DNA of 64,000 nt from an uncultured SAR116 cluster alpha proteobacterium (GTDB taxonomy: Bacteria; Pseudomonadota; Alphaproteobacteria; Puniceispirillales; Marisalimonadaceae). A program made the position numbers and the translations under genes. Position 1 is the stretch's first letter, and every line of letters begins with the position of its first letter. The stretch is from NCBI GenBank assembly GCA_902625215.1, contig CACOAO010000009.1:4051-68050 (forward strand), given 5' to 3'. The notes below the pieces were generated by a model. It had not been told where the DNA came from. It did no database searches and saw only the letters and a list, made by a program, of their open reading frames with translations. Positions 52,613 to 64,000 of this stretch are shown here, in pieces.

Positions 52613-53548
52613 TTAATAATTTAGTACGCGCCTAGGCTTAACAATACCTTTATCAACCTCAACAAGAGCAACAAGTTTATCGTTACTTACAGTATAAACT
52701 CGTTCAAATTTTTTATAATTTGGATATTCTTTGATAAAATCATTATTGAATGTTAAAGAATTTAGTGTGGTTTTTTGTCCTTGCTTAAGCTTCATTGCCT
52801 CTGTTTCAGTTAAAAAAAGAGCCGGGATGTCGTCTAGCACTTTTTCAATTGGTTTTATTTTATTTAAAAGATTTGGACTATGTATTATTTCGTCAAAAAA
52901 ATCTATAAAAATCGTATCTTTTTCATTGAAATTTCCAACAAAATTTCTTCTTAACTTAACTATATGCCCTTTTGTGTTTAGTTTTTCTGCTAAATCCCTT
53001 GCTAATGATCTTATATACGTACCTTTTCCACATATCACTTCAAATTCAGCATGATCAATGTTTAGAATACCTTTTAGATTAAATGCAAAAATTTCAACCT
53101 GCCTTGGTTTATGCTTAATTGATATATTCTTTCTTGCTAATTTATAAGAACGCTTACCATTAATTTTAATGGCCGAAAAAATTGGTGGTATTTGATTAAT
53201 ATTACCTAAAAATGTAATTAATGAATTTTGAATTTGATTTTTGTTTGGCCGTCTAATTGACTTTTCAATAATTTTGCCTTCAATATCGTCAGTATCTGTT
53301 GATTCACCCCATTTTATTGTAAAGGTATACTTCTTTTTTTTATTTTGTATGAAAGAAACTAGCTTGGTTGCTTCACCTATAGCTATTGGTAAGATACCTG
53401 TAGCTAACGGATCTAATGTTCCACCATGCCCAATCTTATTTGTTTTTAGGGTTCTAGCAATTTTAGAAACAATTTGACGAGAAGTTTTCCCACTTTGTTT
53501 ATCAATTATTAACCAACCGTTAATATTACTAAAATTTGGTTCAATCAT
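52613..53548 (-). CDS. truB: tRNA pseudouridine(55) synthase
   Basis: [12 protein letters not shown] and [13 protein letters not shown]. Confidence 0.96.
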   Translation of the reverse strand: MIEPNFSNINGWLIIDKQSGKTSRQIVSKIARTLKTNKIGHGGTLDPLATGILPIAIGEATKLVSFIQNKKKKYTFTIKWGESTDTDDIEGKIIEKSIRRPNKNQIQNSLITFLGNINQIPPIFSAIKINGKRSYKLARKNISIKHKPRQVEIFAFNLKGILNIDHAEFEVICGKGTYIRSLARDLAEKLNTKGHIVKLRRNFVGNFNEKDTIFIDFFDEIIHSPNLLNKIKPIEKVLDDIPALFLTETEAMKLKQGQKTTLNSLTFNNDFIKEYPNYKKFERVYTVSNDKLVALVEVDKGIVKPRRVLNY

Positions 53549-53566
53549 AAAATTTAATAAATATTT

Positions 53567-53965
53567 TTATTTTTTTATTTTATCAAGTATGTCATGTATA
53601 TTTTTTGCATACTCAAAAGTTTCATCAATTTTGAATGTAAGTTTTGGTGTTTGTCTTAAATTTATATTATTGGATATTATTTTTTTTAAGCGTCCTGTTA
53701 CCTTATTAAGACTATTTAAAACATCAATTTTATTTATACCACCTAGTGGCATCATATAAACTTTGGCATTTTTTAAATCTGGACTTACGTTAACTTCAGT
53801 AATCGTGATATTATTATTTTTAATATACTCGTCGTAAAAGCTTTCACGAAGTAGAGCGCTTGAAATTATATGTCTTAACTCTTCAGCAACTTTAAGCTGT
53901 CTTTGCGACTTACTTGAAGAAATTTTATGCTTTTTGTTGGAATTAAATAAAAATTTATTATTCAT
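53567..53965 (-). CDS. rbfA: Ribosome-binding factor A
   Basis: RQLKVAEELR, VSPDLKNAKVY and P.LTF..D. Confidence 0.93.
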   Translation of the reverse strand: MNNKFLFNSNKKHKISSSKSQRQLKVAEELRHIISSALLRESFYDEYIKNNNITITEVNVSPDLKNAKVYMMPLGGINKIDVLNSLNKVTGRLKKIISNNINLRQTPKLTFKIDETFEYAKNIHDILDKIKK

Positions 53966-53976
53966 AATTTCATTCT

Positions 53977-56544
53977 TTATCCAACTTTTATATCAACCGA
54001 CTCTAAGCTTCTTGCAACTTCCTTAACTTCAAAACATTCCATGACGTCATCTTCTTGTATATCGTTGAAATTTTCAAATCCCATTCCACATTCCGTACCC
54101 TCACGAACCTCTTTAACTTCATCTTTAAACCTTCTTAAAGTTTTTAACATCCCTTGATGGATTACTGTATTGTCTCTTAGCAAACGAAAGCTACAACCTT
54201 TCTTAACAATACCTTCAGTAACTACACATCCAGCAATTTTGCCAATTTTAGAAACAGAAAATACCTGCTTAATTTTTGCATATCCAATAAAGTTTTCTTG
54301 TAAATCAGGATCTAACATTCCTGTCAATGCTAGTTTTGCATCTTCAATTAATTCATAAATTATCGAGTGATATCTGATTTCAACGTTATCTCTTTTTGAT
54401 AATTCTCGAGCTTGCGGTATTGCTCTTACATTAAATGCAAAAACAAGTGCAGATGATGCAGACGCCAATGTAATATCCGATTCACTAATTGCACCAACTG
54501 CACCAGATAAAACTCTAATTTTTACGACAGAATTACCAATTTTTTCCAATGCAGCTTTAATTGCTTCTAAAGATCCATGAACATCAGTTTTTATAATTAC
54601 AGGTAATTCAGAAGTTTCACCAACTTTAATATTTGCTAACATTTGTTCAACTGAACCCCTGGCGGTCAATTTTGCTTCTTTTTGCTTTGATTTTCTTTGT
54701 CTATAATCCGCTATTTCTCTTGCTTTGGATTCAGTTTCAACTACATTTGCCAAATCACCTGCATTTGGTGTACCAGATAAACCTAGAACTTCTACTGGCA
54801 TTGATGGACCAGCAGATTGTATTCTATTTCCTTGATCACTTAGTAAGGCTCTGACTTTACCTGATTCTGTTCCAACAACAATAATGTCACCAACATTTAG
54901 TGTTCCTGATTTTACAAGCAATGTTATAACTGAGCCTTTCCCTTTTTCAACTTTAGACTCTACAACTACTCCATTTGCACTTATAGTAGGATCACTATTT
55001 AGCTCCATTATATCTGCTTGCAACTCTAAAGAATCAATCAAATCGTTTAAGCCTAGTTTGTTTTTTGCAGACACATCAATACATTGAACATCACCACCAA
55101 GTTCTTCTGGTATCAAATCATGTTGAAGCAATTCAGTTCGGACTTTCTGAGGATCTGCTTCAGGTTTATCACATTTATTAACTGCAACAATTATTGGACA
55201 ATTTGCGGCCTTCGCATGCTTAATTGCTTCAATAGTTTGCGGTTTAATACCATCATCAGCTGCTATTACTAAAATTATAATATCTGTTACATTTGCCCCT
55301 CTTGCTCTCATTTCTGTAAATGCTTCATGACCAGGTGTGTCAATAAAAGATATTTTAGAATTTGTTTTTGTTGTAATTTGGTATGCCCCAATATGCTGGG
55401 TAATACCTCCTGCTTCCCCATCAGCAACTTTGCTTTCACGTAAAGCATCAAGTAAAGATGTTTTTCCATGATCAACGTGACCCATAATTGTCACTATAGG
55501 AGGACGAGGAACTAGATTTTTAGGGTTACTTTCTTGTAAACCTAGATCTAATTCTATATCAGAATCTGAAATCCTTTTTGGCTTATGTCCAAATTCAGTG
55601 GTTATTAGTTCAGCTGTATCACAATCGATAACTTCTGCTGGAGTTGCCATTATTCCATTTTTCATCAATTCTCTTACTACATCAGCTGTTTTTTCAGTCA
55701 TTCTATTAGCCAATTCTGATACGGTAATAGTATCTGGAATAATTACTTCTCTAAACTGTTTTACAGCAGGTGTCTGATCAGCTTGCATTCTTGCTTTTTC
55801 TCGTCTTCTTTTTATTGAAGCCAAAGATCTTACCCTTACATTTTCTGAGTCTAAAGCGCGAGCAATTGTCATTTTTCCTTGTCTTTTTTCTTGAAACCCT
55901 CTATTCCAATGAGATTTTTTTACATTTTCTCTAAAAATTTCTTTTTCCTGAACTTTGTTAGTTGTCCATGATTTATTTGTATTTGGTAATAATTCAGAAT
56001 CCGCCAACTTTTGCCTGTCTTTTTCAGCTTGGAAAGCAGCTTCTTCAGCTTTTTTTGCATCAATTTGTAATTTTATCTGCTCGTCTTCAATTTTTTTTAT
56101 TTCAAGTATTTCTTCAGTTTCTGCTTTTCTTCTAGCTAAAATTTTGTCTTTAGGCGCCAATGAGGATGCTGCTTCTACAGCTTCTAAAGCATTGGCTGCT
56201 ATGCGAGCTTCTTCTATTTTTGCTTTTTCTATTTTTTCAGATGCTATCATATCAGCCTCTGCTGCTGTCTTTGCAAGACCTTCTTGCAATTTTTTGCTTC
56301 GAAATTGAATTTCTTTAGCACTTAAACCAGAGGCATTCTCGTTAGAGGTGTTTTCATTAGAATTAATACGATTAGAAAATCTTTTAGTTCTTTTTACTTC
56401 TACTTGAACTGTACCTCTACCAACTCTTGAATTTGTTGTTATACTACTTGGAGACTTATTTGTAGCAATAGAATTTTTTAGAGTTAATTTTCCACTAGAA
56501 GAAAGACTTAATTTTTTTCTCTCACCGTTTACTTTATCTTCCAT
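53977..56544 (-). CDS. infB: Translation initiation factor IF-2
   Basis: [26 protein letters not shown] and NKCD. Confidence 0.98.
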   Translation of the reverse strand: MEDKVNGERKKLSLSSSGKLTLKNSIATNKSPSSITTNSRVGRGTVQVEVKRTKRFSNRINSNENTSNENASGLSAKEIQFRSKKLQEGLAKTAAEADMIASEKIEKAKIEEARIAANALEAVEAASSLAPKDKILARRKAETEEILEIKKIEDEQIKLQIDAKKAEEAAFQAEKDRQKLADSELLPNTNKSWTTNKVQEKEIFRENVKKSHWNRGFQEKRQGKMTIARALDSENVRVRSLASIKRRREKARMQADQTPAVKQFREVIIPDTITVSELANRMTEKTADVVRELMKNGIMATPAEVIDCDTAELITTEFGHKPKRISDSDIELDLGLQESNPKNLVPRPPIVTIMGHVDHGKTSLLDALRESKVADGEAGGITQHIGAYQITTKTNSKISFIDTPGHEAFTEMRARGANVTDIIILVIAADDGIKPQTIEAIKHAKAANCPIIVAVNKCDKPEADPQKVRTELLQHDLIPEELGGDVQCIDVSAKNKLGLNDLIDSLELQADIMELNSDPTISANGVVVESKVEKGKGSVITLLVKSGTLNVGDIIVVGTESGKVRALLSDQGNRIQSAGPSMPVEVLGLSGTPNAGDLANVVETESKAREIADYRQRKSKQKEAKLTARGSVEQMLANIKVGETSELPVIIKTDVHGSLEAIKAALEKIGNSVVKIRVLSGAVGAISESDITLASASSALVFAFNVRAIPQARELSKRDNVEIRYHSIIYELIEDAKLALTGMLDPDLQENFIGYAKIKQVFSVSKIGKIAGCVVTEGIVKKGCSFRLLRDNTVIHQGMLKTLRRFKDEVKEVREGTECGMGFENFNDIQEDDVMECFEVKEVARSLESVDIKVG

Positions 56545-56564
56545 AACAAAAATTCCTTTAAAAA

Positions 56565-58085
56565 TTAATCATCAACTGTATCGTTTGTAAACCAATGTTG
56601 TCTCGCTTTCATTATAACTGATCCAGCGTCATCCTCATTAATAAATACTTTGTCACCCAAAATGTTAAAAAGTTCCTCACTGTCTAATTCAGCAAGTTCA
56701 TCTAAAGTTTTTATATTATGTTCAGCCAAAGTCAAAATGCTTGATTTACTTATTTCAGTAAAATTATATAAATCGTCTTTTACCTTAAGTTTTCTTAGAG
56801 CATCATCAATTCTTTGGTTTTCTATTTTAACAAAATTTTGGGCTCTTTCACTTAGTTCTAAGGATATATCTTCATCAAAACCTTCAATTGCCATAAGTTC
56901 TTCAAGAGAAGCTTCAGCAATGTCAGAAATTGTTACAAAGCCTTCACTGACCATTAGGTGAGCTATAACGTCATCAATATCAAGAGCTTCAATAAAAATT
57001 TTACTTCTTTCTAAAAATTCTTCTTGTCTTTTCTCTGATTCCTCTGCTTCTGTCAAAATGTCAACAAACCAACCAGTCAATTGTGAAGCCAATCTAACAT
57101 TTTGCCCTCTTCTTCCGATAGCCAATGAGAGTTGATCATCAGGAATGACAACCTCCATTCTGTTAGCGTCTTCATCCATTACTACTTTTGATGGTACTGC
57201 CGGAGCTAAAGCATTGATCACAAATGTAACAGGATCTTCTGTCCAAGGAATTATTTCTATCTTTTCACCTTGCAACTCACTAACAACGGCTTGAACTCTT
57301 GATCCTCTCATTCCAACACAAGCACCAACTGGATCTATGCTAGGATCGTTAGAATATGCTGAAATTTTAGCCCTACTACCTGGTTCTCTCGCGACACCTT
57401 TAATCTCTATAATTCCATCATAAATTTCTGGAACTTCTTGTGTAAATAAGGCAGCTAAAAAGTCATTTGAAGCTCTTGACAAAAATATTTGTGGTCCTTT
57501 GATTTGCTCACTAACATCTACTATAAAAGATCTTAATCTATCACCGGGTCTCAACTGTTCTCTGGGTATCATTTGATCTTTTTTTATTACGGCTTCAGCT
57601 CTACCTAAATCAATTGTAACTGATTGATTATCAACTCTTTTAATCGTTCCAACCACAATTTCACCTACTCTATCTTTATATTCTTGAAATTGTCTTTGTC
57701 TTTCAGCCTCTCTAACTTTCTGAGAAATTACCTGTTTTGCAGTTTGAGCTGCAATTCTACCAAAATCTATAGGTGGAAGTGATTGTTTATAGAAGTCTCC
57801 AATAACAACATTAAGATTTCTTCTTTGAGCTTCTTGATAAGACATCTGAGTTGACTCATTTTGAACAATTTCAACAACTTCAGTAAATTGCGCAATATTT
57901 ATAGATCCATTTTTCCTGTCAATATTTGCTCTGATATCTCTTTCTAAACCATATTTTGATCTAGCTGCCTTCTCTATCGCTTCTTCCATAGCAGTAATAA
58001 CTTCTTCTTTATCTATTGACTTTTCTCTAGAAACTGCTTCCGCCACTTGTATAAGCTCTAATCTGGGTATGGATTTAACTTCCAT
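56565..58085 (-). CDS. nusA: Transcription termination/antitermination factor NusA
   Basis: FGRIAAQTAKQ, DPVGACVGMRGSRV and AIGRRGQNVRLA. Confidence 0.98.
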   Translation of the reverse strand: MEVKSIPRLELIQVAEAVSREKSIDKEEVITAMEEAIEKAARSKYGLERDIRANIDRKNGSINIAQFTEVVEIVQNESTQMSYQEAQRRNLNVVIGDFYKQSLPPIDFGRIAAQTAKQVISQKVREAERQRQFQEYKDRVGEIVVGTIKRVDNQSVTIDLGRAEAVIKKDQMIPREQLRPGDRLRSFIVDVSEQIKGPQIFLSRASNDFLAALFTQEVPEIYDGIIEIKGVAREPGSRAKISAYSNDPSIDPVGACVGMRGSRVQAVVSELQGEKIEIIPWTEDPVTFVINALAPAVPSKVVMDEDANRMEVVIPDDQLSLAIGRRGQNVRLASQLTGWFVDILTEAEESEKRQEEFLERSKIFIEALDIDDVIAHLMVSEGFVTISDIAEASLEELMAIEGFDEDISLELSERAQNFVKIENQRIDDALRKLKVKDDLYNFTEISKSSILTLAEHNIKTLDELAELDSEELFNILGDKVFINEDDAGSVIMKARQHWFTNDTVDD

Positions 58086-58109
58086 TTTTATTCCTTACTA
58101 ATTTTAAAA

Positions 58110-58592
58110 CTAATTAATTTTATTGTTTTCAATTGCCCATTTGAGATCGATGTTTGCTTTCTCAATTTCAGTAAAATTGAACCTTATTTTATGTTCATTC
58201 GTTTCAAGTAAAATTTTTCCATTTTTATCAATTCCTTGAAGAAAACCCTTATAGGTTTTTTTACCTAAGAATTTTTCTTTAAATACTATTTTAGCCTTAT
58301 TATATTTAAATAACTCATAATCATCTATCATTGTTAAAGGCCTAGCTAAACCTCCAGAAGACACTTCTAATACATAAGAAGAACTTATTGGGTCATCAAT
58401 TTCTAAAAAAGTAGAAATATGCTTACTTAAATAGACACAATCTTCGATGTCCATTTTTTTATCTTTAATTCGCTCTGCCATAATCTGCAATGTTTTTTTT
58501 TCTTTAATGTTAATTAATTTTACACGAATTAAATGATATCCTAGCTTTTTTAATCTTAAAAACAAAGAAGCTCTTATTTGTTCTTCAACCAT
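58110..58592 (-). CDS. rimP: Ribosome maturation factor RimP
   Basis: LQIMAER, IEDC and YVLEVSSGGLARPL. Confidence 0.93.
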   Translation of the reverse strand: MVEEQIRASLFLRLKKLGYHLIRVKLINIKEKKTLQIMAERIKDKKMDIEDCVYLSKHISTFLEIDDPISSSYVLEVSSGGLARPLTMIDDYELFKYNKAKIVFKEKFLGKKTYKGFLQGIDKNGKILLETNEHKIRFNFTEIEKANIDLKWAIENNKIN

Positions 58593-58612
58593 GTACTACA
58601 AAACCCATAAAT

Positions 58613-58639
58613 AAAAAAAGCGAGTCGAAAGACTCACTT
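58613..58639 (-). terminator. Terminator-like hairpin in the rimP-nusA-infB leader
   Basis: Minus strand AAGTGAGTC-TTTC-GACTCGCTT-TTTTT, then ATTTATGGG, 20 nt before the rimP ATG. Confidence 0.75.
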
Positions 58640-58709
58640 AATTACATTATATTAATTTTTTTTTCAAAAAAAATCAATAACTTTGCTTTTAATATGCTAA
58701 CAAAATTAG

Positions 58710-59390
58710 TTATTTTTTTTTAAAAGTAAACCAACATGGTTTTCTTAATTGGATGATCGATTTTATTTCATATTTTGTTTGGAAACAATCATGGGGCCTA
58801 AACCGCCAATCTTTAGAGCTTTCGACTATCCATTCAAATTCGGTATATCTTTGAAATTTTTCTAGTATCCATTTCTTTAATAGGTCGTGGTCTGTTGCAA
58901 TAGTCAAGGTTCCTTTGTGTTTTATAATTGAATGTATTTTTTCTAAAAAATCGTTTTGTATTAACCTTCGGTTGATATGTTTTTTTTTTGGCCATGGATC
59001 AGGAAATAATATTTTTATTTCTGAAATGCTGTTTTGAGGAAAAAGATATAAAATTTTTCTTATATCATCTGGCCAAATTACTACGTTCTTCAGATTAAAT
59101 TTTAGAAGTTTACTTAGACATTTTGCTGTTGTATTTACAAAAGGATCAGCACCAATATAAAAAAAATTAGAATTGTTCTTAGCAGAATTTACTAGATTTT
59201 CACCGTCTCCAAAACCAATTTCAAGAATTATATTTTTGTGTTCGTGGAATATATTTAGAAAATTATCTTTTTTTATTATATATTTTTGTCCAGTACTTAT
59301 GGCCAATTTAGCAGAAGTAGATAATTTTCTGCCTCTTCTTCTTCCATAAAATAAAATTTTGTCTTCAAAATTTTGTTTAGTTATGTTCAT
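58710..59390 (-). CDS. trmB: tRNA (guanine-N7)-methyltransferase
   Basis: LEIGFGDG, FPDPWPKKKH.NRR, ATD and TKYE. Confidence 0.94.
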   Translation of the reverse strand: MNITKQNFEDKILFYGRRRGRKLSTSAKLAISTGQKYIIKKDNFLNIFHEHKNIILEIGFGDGENLVNSAKNNSNFFYIGADPFVNTTAKCLSKLLKFNLKNVVIWPDDIRKILYLFPQNSISEIKILFPDPWPKKKHINRRLIQNDFLEKIHSIIKHKGTLTIATDHDLLKKWILEKFQRYTEFEWIVESSKDWRFRPHDCFQTKYEIKSIIQLRKPCWFTFKKK

Positions 59391-60565
59391 TAAATTTCTT
59401 TTAAAATAGAATCAACTAAATCAGTCTTTTCCCAAGTAAAAGATCCATTAACGCCTTCATTAGGAACTCTACCAAAATGACCATATGCTGAAGTCGGAAC
59501 ATAAATTGGTTTGTTTAGCTTTAAATGTTCTCTTATACCTCTTGGTGACATATCAATTAAATCTGAAAGTATTTTTTCTATTTTTTGATCTTCAATTTTT
59601 CCTGTTCCTTCAGTATTAACGTATAAGGACAGTGGCTTTGAAATACCAATTGCATAAGCAATTTGTATTATGCACCTGGTGGCAATACCTGCAGCAACAA
59701 CATTTTTTGCTAAATATCTAGTTAAGTATGCTGCAGACCTATCTACCTTTGTAGGATCTTTACCTGAAAACGCACCACCACCGTGAGGCGACGCACCTCC
59801 ATAAGTATCCACTATAATCTTTCTACCTGTTAACCCTGCATCTCCATCAGGACCTCCAATTTCAAAAATACCTGTCGGATTAACGTAAAACTCATTTTCT
59901 GGACACATCCAACCATCTGGTAATTCTTTAATTACTATATCTCTAACAATTTCACGAATATCATCTTGAGAACAATTTTTTATATGTTGAGTTGAAACCA
60001 CTATTGAACTTGCTCCAATGGGCTTACCATCTCTGTACTCTAATGTGATTTGTGATTTACTATCAGGTAAAAAAATAGAATTTTTTTCATTATGTCTTAT
60101 TCTAGCCATTTCTTTTAATATTTTATGAGCGTAATATATAGGAGCAGGCATCAAAGATTCTGTTTCATCGGAAGCATAACCAAACATTAAACCTTGATCG
60201 CCAGCACCTTCATCTTTGTTTCCAGACTTATCTACACCAATAGCTATATTCGATGATTGAGTATGAAGGTGACATTCAAAGTGCATTTTTTCCCAGTGAT
60301 AACCTTCTTGCTCATACCCTATATCATAAACAGTTGATCTTACTAATCTCTCAATTTCGTCGTTAGTAATTTTCATTCCTTCTGGAAGCCTGTATTCTCC
60401 AGCGATTATTGTTCTGTTTGTAGATACTAGGGTCTCACAAGCAACTCTTGCTTCAGGGTATTTTTCTAGTAATAAGTCAACAACAGCATCTGATATTCTA
60501 TCACAAACTTTATCTGGATGCCCTTCAGATACAGATTCTGAAGTAAAGAAATAATTATTTTTCAT
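59390..60565 (-). CDS. metK: S-adenosylmethionine synthetase
   Basis: [19 protein letters not shown] and GGGAFSGKD. Confidence 0.98.
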   Translation of the reverse strand: MKNNYFFTSESVSEGHPDKVCDRISDAVVDLLLEKYPEARVACETLVSTNRTIIAGEYRLPEGMKITNDEIERLVRSTVYDIGYEQEGYHWEKMHFECHLHTQSSNIAIGVDKSGNKDEGAGDQGLMFGYASDETESLMPAPIYYAHKILKEMARIRHNEKNSIFLPDSKSQITLEYRDGKPIGASSIVVSTQHIKNCSQDDIREIVRDIVIKELPDGWMCPENEFYVNPTGIFEIGGPDGDAGLTGRKIIVDTYGGASPHGGGAFSGKDPTKVDRSAAYLTRYLAKNVVAAGIATRCIIQIAYAIGISKPLSLYVNTEGTGKIEDQKIEKILSDLIDMSPRGIREHLKLNKPIYVPTSAYGHFGRVPNEGVNGSFTWEKTDLVDSILKEI

Positions 60566-62093
60566 AAAATAAGTTTTCCTTATAATTAGAAATATATGTT
60601 TTATTTATAATTATTAATATTAAAATTGAAAGCACAAAAGTTAATTCTCCGTAAGTTTTATATAAAGTATTTTTCAACCCTGGAATTAAGTTGAAAGTCT
60701 TTGCAGATTCTTTGTTTAGAGGTATTTTACTAATTATTTCTCCATAAGGAGAAACAAAAACTGAAATTCCTGTATTTGCAACTCTTACTAAGGGTAAGCC
60801 AAATTCAACAGCCTTAATTTTAGCTAAAGCTAAATGCTGATGCGGACCAATTGTTTTTCCAAACCACGCGTCATTTGTGATGTTTATTAATAAATTTGTA
60901 TTTTTAGATATTCTGTTCATCAAATCATCTGTAAATAAGATTTCATAACAAATTAGCGTTATTATATTACCAACACCTTCTAAATAAGGATTTGGATTTA
61001 AGTTTCCTCTGGAAAAATCTTTTTGAGGTAGAAAATCAGAAATTAGATTTAAATGCTTACGAAAAGGTATATATTCTCCAAACGGGACTAACTTTGTTTT
61101 GTCATATCTATAAATTATTTGTCCTTTTGAATTCAAGAAAACAAGAGAATTAAAAAGATTACTTTCATCAGATCTTAATAGTCCAACAATTAAGATTGAT
61201 TTTGAATTTTTTAATATTTTTTTACTTATATCAGATAATAACTTTATTTCACCAGGTATTGAGCCTGCAAAACTCGTTTCAGGCCAAATTATTATATTAT
61301 TCATATACATAATATCGTCTTTATTACTAGTTGATAACATTACTAATTTGTTTAGATGCTGATCTCTCTTTCTTAAATCCCACTTATTTTTTTGTTTAAT
61401 GTTTGGCTGGACAATAGTGATTAATTGATTACTACTTTGTAGTAGGGTTTTACTATTATATCTAACAATTCCTGAAAAAAACAAAGTTATTATTGGTATT
61501 AGTAATAAAAATGAGAGGGTATATTTACCTTTAAAGCTTGATAATAAAATTAGAGGTAAAACACTGATTGTTAGAACAACTAAATTAGCTGAAAAACTTC
61601 CTATAAATGAAAATACCTGTATTAAATATTCATTAGATGAAAATATCATCGAAGGCATTAACCAAGGGAAGCCTGTAAATATTTTAGCCCTTAAATACTC
61701 AAACAAAGATAAAAAAACTATTATATCAATAATGGAAAATTTTTTATTTCTATTAATTAATTTAGCGCTAACACAGGCCAAGCCCCAAAAAACTGCTAAT
61801 AAGCTTGGGAGAAGTAATATTGCTACAGGCATTAAAAAAATTGTATATGTATCTGCAACAATAAAAGCAGAACCGATCCAGTATAATCCAACCGAAAACC
61901 AGCCAAATCCTAAAACCCAACCTGAAACAAAAGTTTTTAACAGAGATGGTGTGAAATTTATTAAATAAATACCTAAACCAAGAGCAAATATAAGTGGAAA
62001 GATTGAAAAAGGCTCATTAGCTAATGTTGCAACAGCACCTAAAATATAAAGTATAATAAAATAGTATAATAAGTTATTTTGAAAAATTTTCAT
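60555..62093 (-). CDS. lnt: Apolipoprotein N-acyltransferase
   Basis: [27 protein letters not shown] and TNDAWF. ATG 62093 (alternative TTG 62099). Confidence 0.95.
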   Translation of the reverse strand: MKIFQNNLLYYFIILYILGAVATLANEPFSIFPLIFALGLGIYLINFTPSLLKTFVSGWVLGFGWFSVGLYWIGSAFIVADTYTIFLMPVAILLLPSLLAVFWGLACVSAKLINRNKKFSIIDIIVFLSLFEYLRAKIFTGFPWLMPSMIFSSNEYLIQVFSFIGSFSANLVVLTISVLPLILLSSFKGKYTLSFLLLIPIITLFFSGIVRYNSKTLLQSSNQLITIVQPNIKQKNKWDLRKRDQHLNKLVMLSTSNKDDIMYMNNIIIWPETSFAGSIPGEIKLLSDISKKILKNSKSILIVGLLRSDESNLFNSLVFLNSKGQIIYRYDKTKLVPFGEYIPFRKHLNLISDFLPQKDFSRGNLNPNPYLEGVGNIITLICYEILFTDDLMNRISKNTNLLINITNDAWFGKTIGPHQHLALAKIKAVEFGLPLVRVANTGISVFVSPYGEIISKIPLNKESAKTFNLIPGLKNTLYKTYGELTFVLSILILIIINKTYISNYKENLFYEK

Positions 62094-62101
62094 TTTCAAA
62101 T

Positions 62102-62971
62102 TTATAATTTTAATTGATTTAAAAATGAAATATTTTTTAAACCTGTGATTTTAACTAATATAACTTTTCTAGGATCTGCGTCTAATATTTCAAACTTCAA
62201 CCCTGAAGGAGAGTATTTAATTACTTCACCTTTTACAGGCACTCTTCCAGCTATACTTATAATAAACCCACCTAATGTTTCAATTTCTTCATTTAAATCA
62301 TCTTTCCTAATTGATTCAATAAAACCTTCAACTAAGTTAATAATAATTCTAGCTTCAACAATTATTGATCCATCTTCTAATTTTTCTAATTTACATTCTG
62401 AGGATAAATCATGTTCATCTTCTATCTCTCCCACAAGTTCCTCTACTAAATCCTCTATTGTAACTAAACCATCTATACCGCCGTATTCATCAACAACCAG
62501 GGCTAAATGACGTCTTTTAATTCTCATTTCATAAAGTAGATCTAGTAAACTTATAGATGGAGATACAAAAATTGGCTTTTTTAGTAATGTTTTAATATCT
62601 TTTTTTTCTTTTAAAAATAAATTAGCTAATACATCTTTTATATGAAGTATACCTTTAATGTCATCTAAAGTTTCGTTTCTTACCGGAACTCTACTATGGT
62701 TAGTTTGAATTAACTGTTTAACTATTTGATCAAAATCATCTGACATAGCTACTGATACAATATCAACTCTGGGAACCATGACATCCGAAGCAGTTATTCC
62801 TCGCAAACCAGCAAGATTCTTCAGTAACTCATTTTCATGACTTAAAGTTTTTCCGTTAGAATCGTCTGCATTTATTCTCTTGGCAACAAATTGTTCTAGT
62901 TCCTGATCAAGATTTTTATCTAGGTTTTTAGACTTTATTTTCTTAAAAAAACTTGGAATTGTTATTTTCAT
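62102..62971 (-). CDS. CBS + CorC_HlyC domain protein (CorC/YbeX-like)
   Basis: DVMVPR, HSRVPV and VVDEYGGIDGLVTIEDLVEELVGEIEDEHD; lies between ybeY and lnt. Confidence 0.9.
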   Translation of the reverse strand: MKITIPSFFKKIKSKNLDKNLDQELEQFVAKRINADDSNGKTLSHENELLKNLAGLRGITASDVMVPRVDIVSVAMSDDFDQIVKQLIQTNHSRVPVRNETLDDIKGILHIKDVLANLFLKEKKDIKTLLKKPIFVSPSISLLDLLYEMRIKRRHLALVVDEYGGIDGLVTIEDLVEELVGEIEDEHDLSSECKLEKLEDGSIIVEARIIINLVEGFIESIRKDDLNEEIETLGGFIISIAGRVPVKGEVIKYSPSGLKFEILDADPRKVILVKITGLKNISFLNQLKL

Positions 62972-63008
62972 AATTATAATTCTTTGTAATTTAGAGATGT
63001 TTTTTGAT

Positions 63009-63521
63009 TTATTTGTATGGATTATCTATTTGAAAATTATTTAATATTTCAATCTCCAAAGCTTCCATTTTTTCAGCCTCTGAAACGTTTTTATGGTCAT
63101 AACCTAACAAATGTAAAACTCCATGTATAAATAAATGAATAAGATGATTGTTTATATTTTTTTTATCTCTTGTAGCCTCTTTGTTAATAGTCTCGTTAGA
63201 AAATATTATATCGCCCAAAAATAATTCATCGCTGGATTTTAAATAAGACGGGAAAGAGAGCACATTAGTAGCTGAGTTTAAATTTCTATAACGATTATTA
63301 AGTTCAATAATTTTTTTATCTCCCGAAAATGAGAGCGATATTGATTTTTTAATACTAGGAAATATTATATCAGATTTTTCGCAAATAAGATCTAAAATTT
63401 TATGTAAATTTTCTTGGAAATTTTCTATTATTTTTTTATCCCATAAAATTAAATCTATAGAACACTCCACGATAAATTTGTCATTTTCCCATATTTTATA
63501 GTCTTCTCCATTTATTTTCAT
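63009..63521 (-). CDS. ybeY: rRNA maturation endoribonuclease YbeY
   Basis: TNVLSFP, LGDI and HLFIHGVLHLLGYDH. Confidence 0.95.
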   Translation of the reverse strand: MKINGEDYKIWENDKFIVECSIDLILWDKKIIENFQENLHKILDLICEKSDIIFPSIKKSISLSFSGDKKIIELNNRYRNLNSATNVLSFPSYLKSSDELFLGDIIFSNETINKEATRDKKNINNHLIHLFIHGVLHLLGYDHKNVSEAEKMEALEIEILNNFQIDNPYK

Positions 63522-63548
63522 GATAAAATTTAACTGTTAACTATAATC

Positions 63549-64000
63549 TTAATGTTTATTGAAATAATCATATGCCCTAATAATCTTTGCTACAATTGGA
63601 TGTCTTATAACGTCGTCTGAACCCAAATATATTATCTTAATCTCTTCTATATTACTAAGTATTTTTTGTGATTGTTTTAATCCAGAAATTTGACCTTTTG
63701 GAAGATCAACTTGGCTTAAGTCACCATTAATAACCATCCTAGAACCCTCACCAACTCGAGTTAGGACCATTTTCATTTGAACTGGAGAGGTGTTTTGTGC
63801 CTCATCAACTATAACAAATGCATTTGTAAATGTTCTTCCTCTCATAAAAGCTAAAGGAGCAATTTCAATTTCGCCAGATTGAATTTTTTTTTCTACTCTA
63901 TCAGCAGGCATCATTTCATATAATGCATCATAAATAGGTTTTAAATATGGATCTATCTTTTCTTTCATATCACCTGGTAAAAATCCAAGCCTTTCTCCTG
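63549..64000 (-). CDS. phoH: PhoH-like ATPase (YbeZ), 5' end outside window
   Basis: Frame is open to the window edge (GERLGFLPGDM...). PLAFMRGRT, DEAQN and RHPIV. Confidence 0.93.
   Translation of the reverse strand, partial: GERLGFLPGDMKEKIDPYLKPIYDALYEMMPADRVEKKIQSGEIEIAPLAFMRGRTFTNAFVIVDEAQNTSPVQMKMVLTRVGEGSRMVINGDLSQVDLPKGQISGLKQSQKILSNIEEIKIIYLGSDDVIRHPIVAKIIRAYDYFNKH

Noticed and set aside
62121-62137. Partial second copy of the coaBC palindrome (AAATGAAATATTT) at the corC 3' end
   Set aside because: Only one arm matches, it is coding and AT-rich, and chance is the likely explanation.

Overview
This is a gene-dense, very AT-rich stretch of chromosomal backbone from an alphaproteobacterium with a streamlined appearance. 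It resembles low-GC marine lineages such as SAR116, but that assignment is an inference. The window holds about 66 mostly housekeeping CDS, with cobS cut at the left edge and phoH cut at the right. Main blocks: cobS-cobT; rpmB, pyrD, class I lysS; groESL; ctaA, aspS; a ynjBC-like ABC pair; folD-pduO-etfBA; argH-lptM-lysA; a zitP-like gene; chorismate mutase-hisC-tyrC; gloB; a HAD/ABC/SDR/folB unit; dadA behind a tandem glycine riboswitch; dnaA-dnaN-recF-gyrB; rpsT, mutM; ubiE-ubiB-coaBC-moeB; fabABI; and phoH-ybeY-corC-lnt-metK-trmB-rimP-nusA-infB-rbfA-truB-rpsO-pnp. I saw no tRNA, rRNA, CRISPR array, prophage or IS. The best novelty candidate is CoaBC with an in-frame N-terminal Cro-like helix-turn-helix and a perfect 18-bp palindrome just upstream, suggesting a BirA/NadR-style bifunctional enzyme-repressor for CoA synthesis. 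Other highlights are a Cys-less, probably catalytically dead PfpI/DJ-1 homologue, a readable anti-SD platform on the glycine riboswitch, a small LptM-like lipoprotein missed by the ORF track, and a possible pterin-salvage unit. All family calls come from motif recognition by eye, not database searches.
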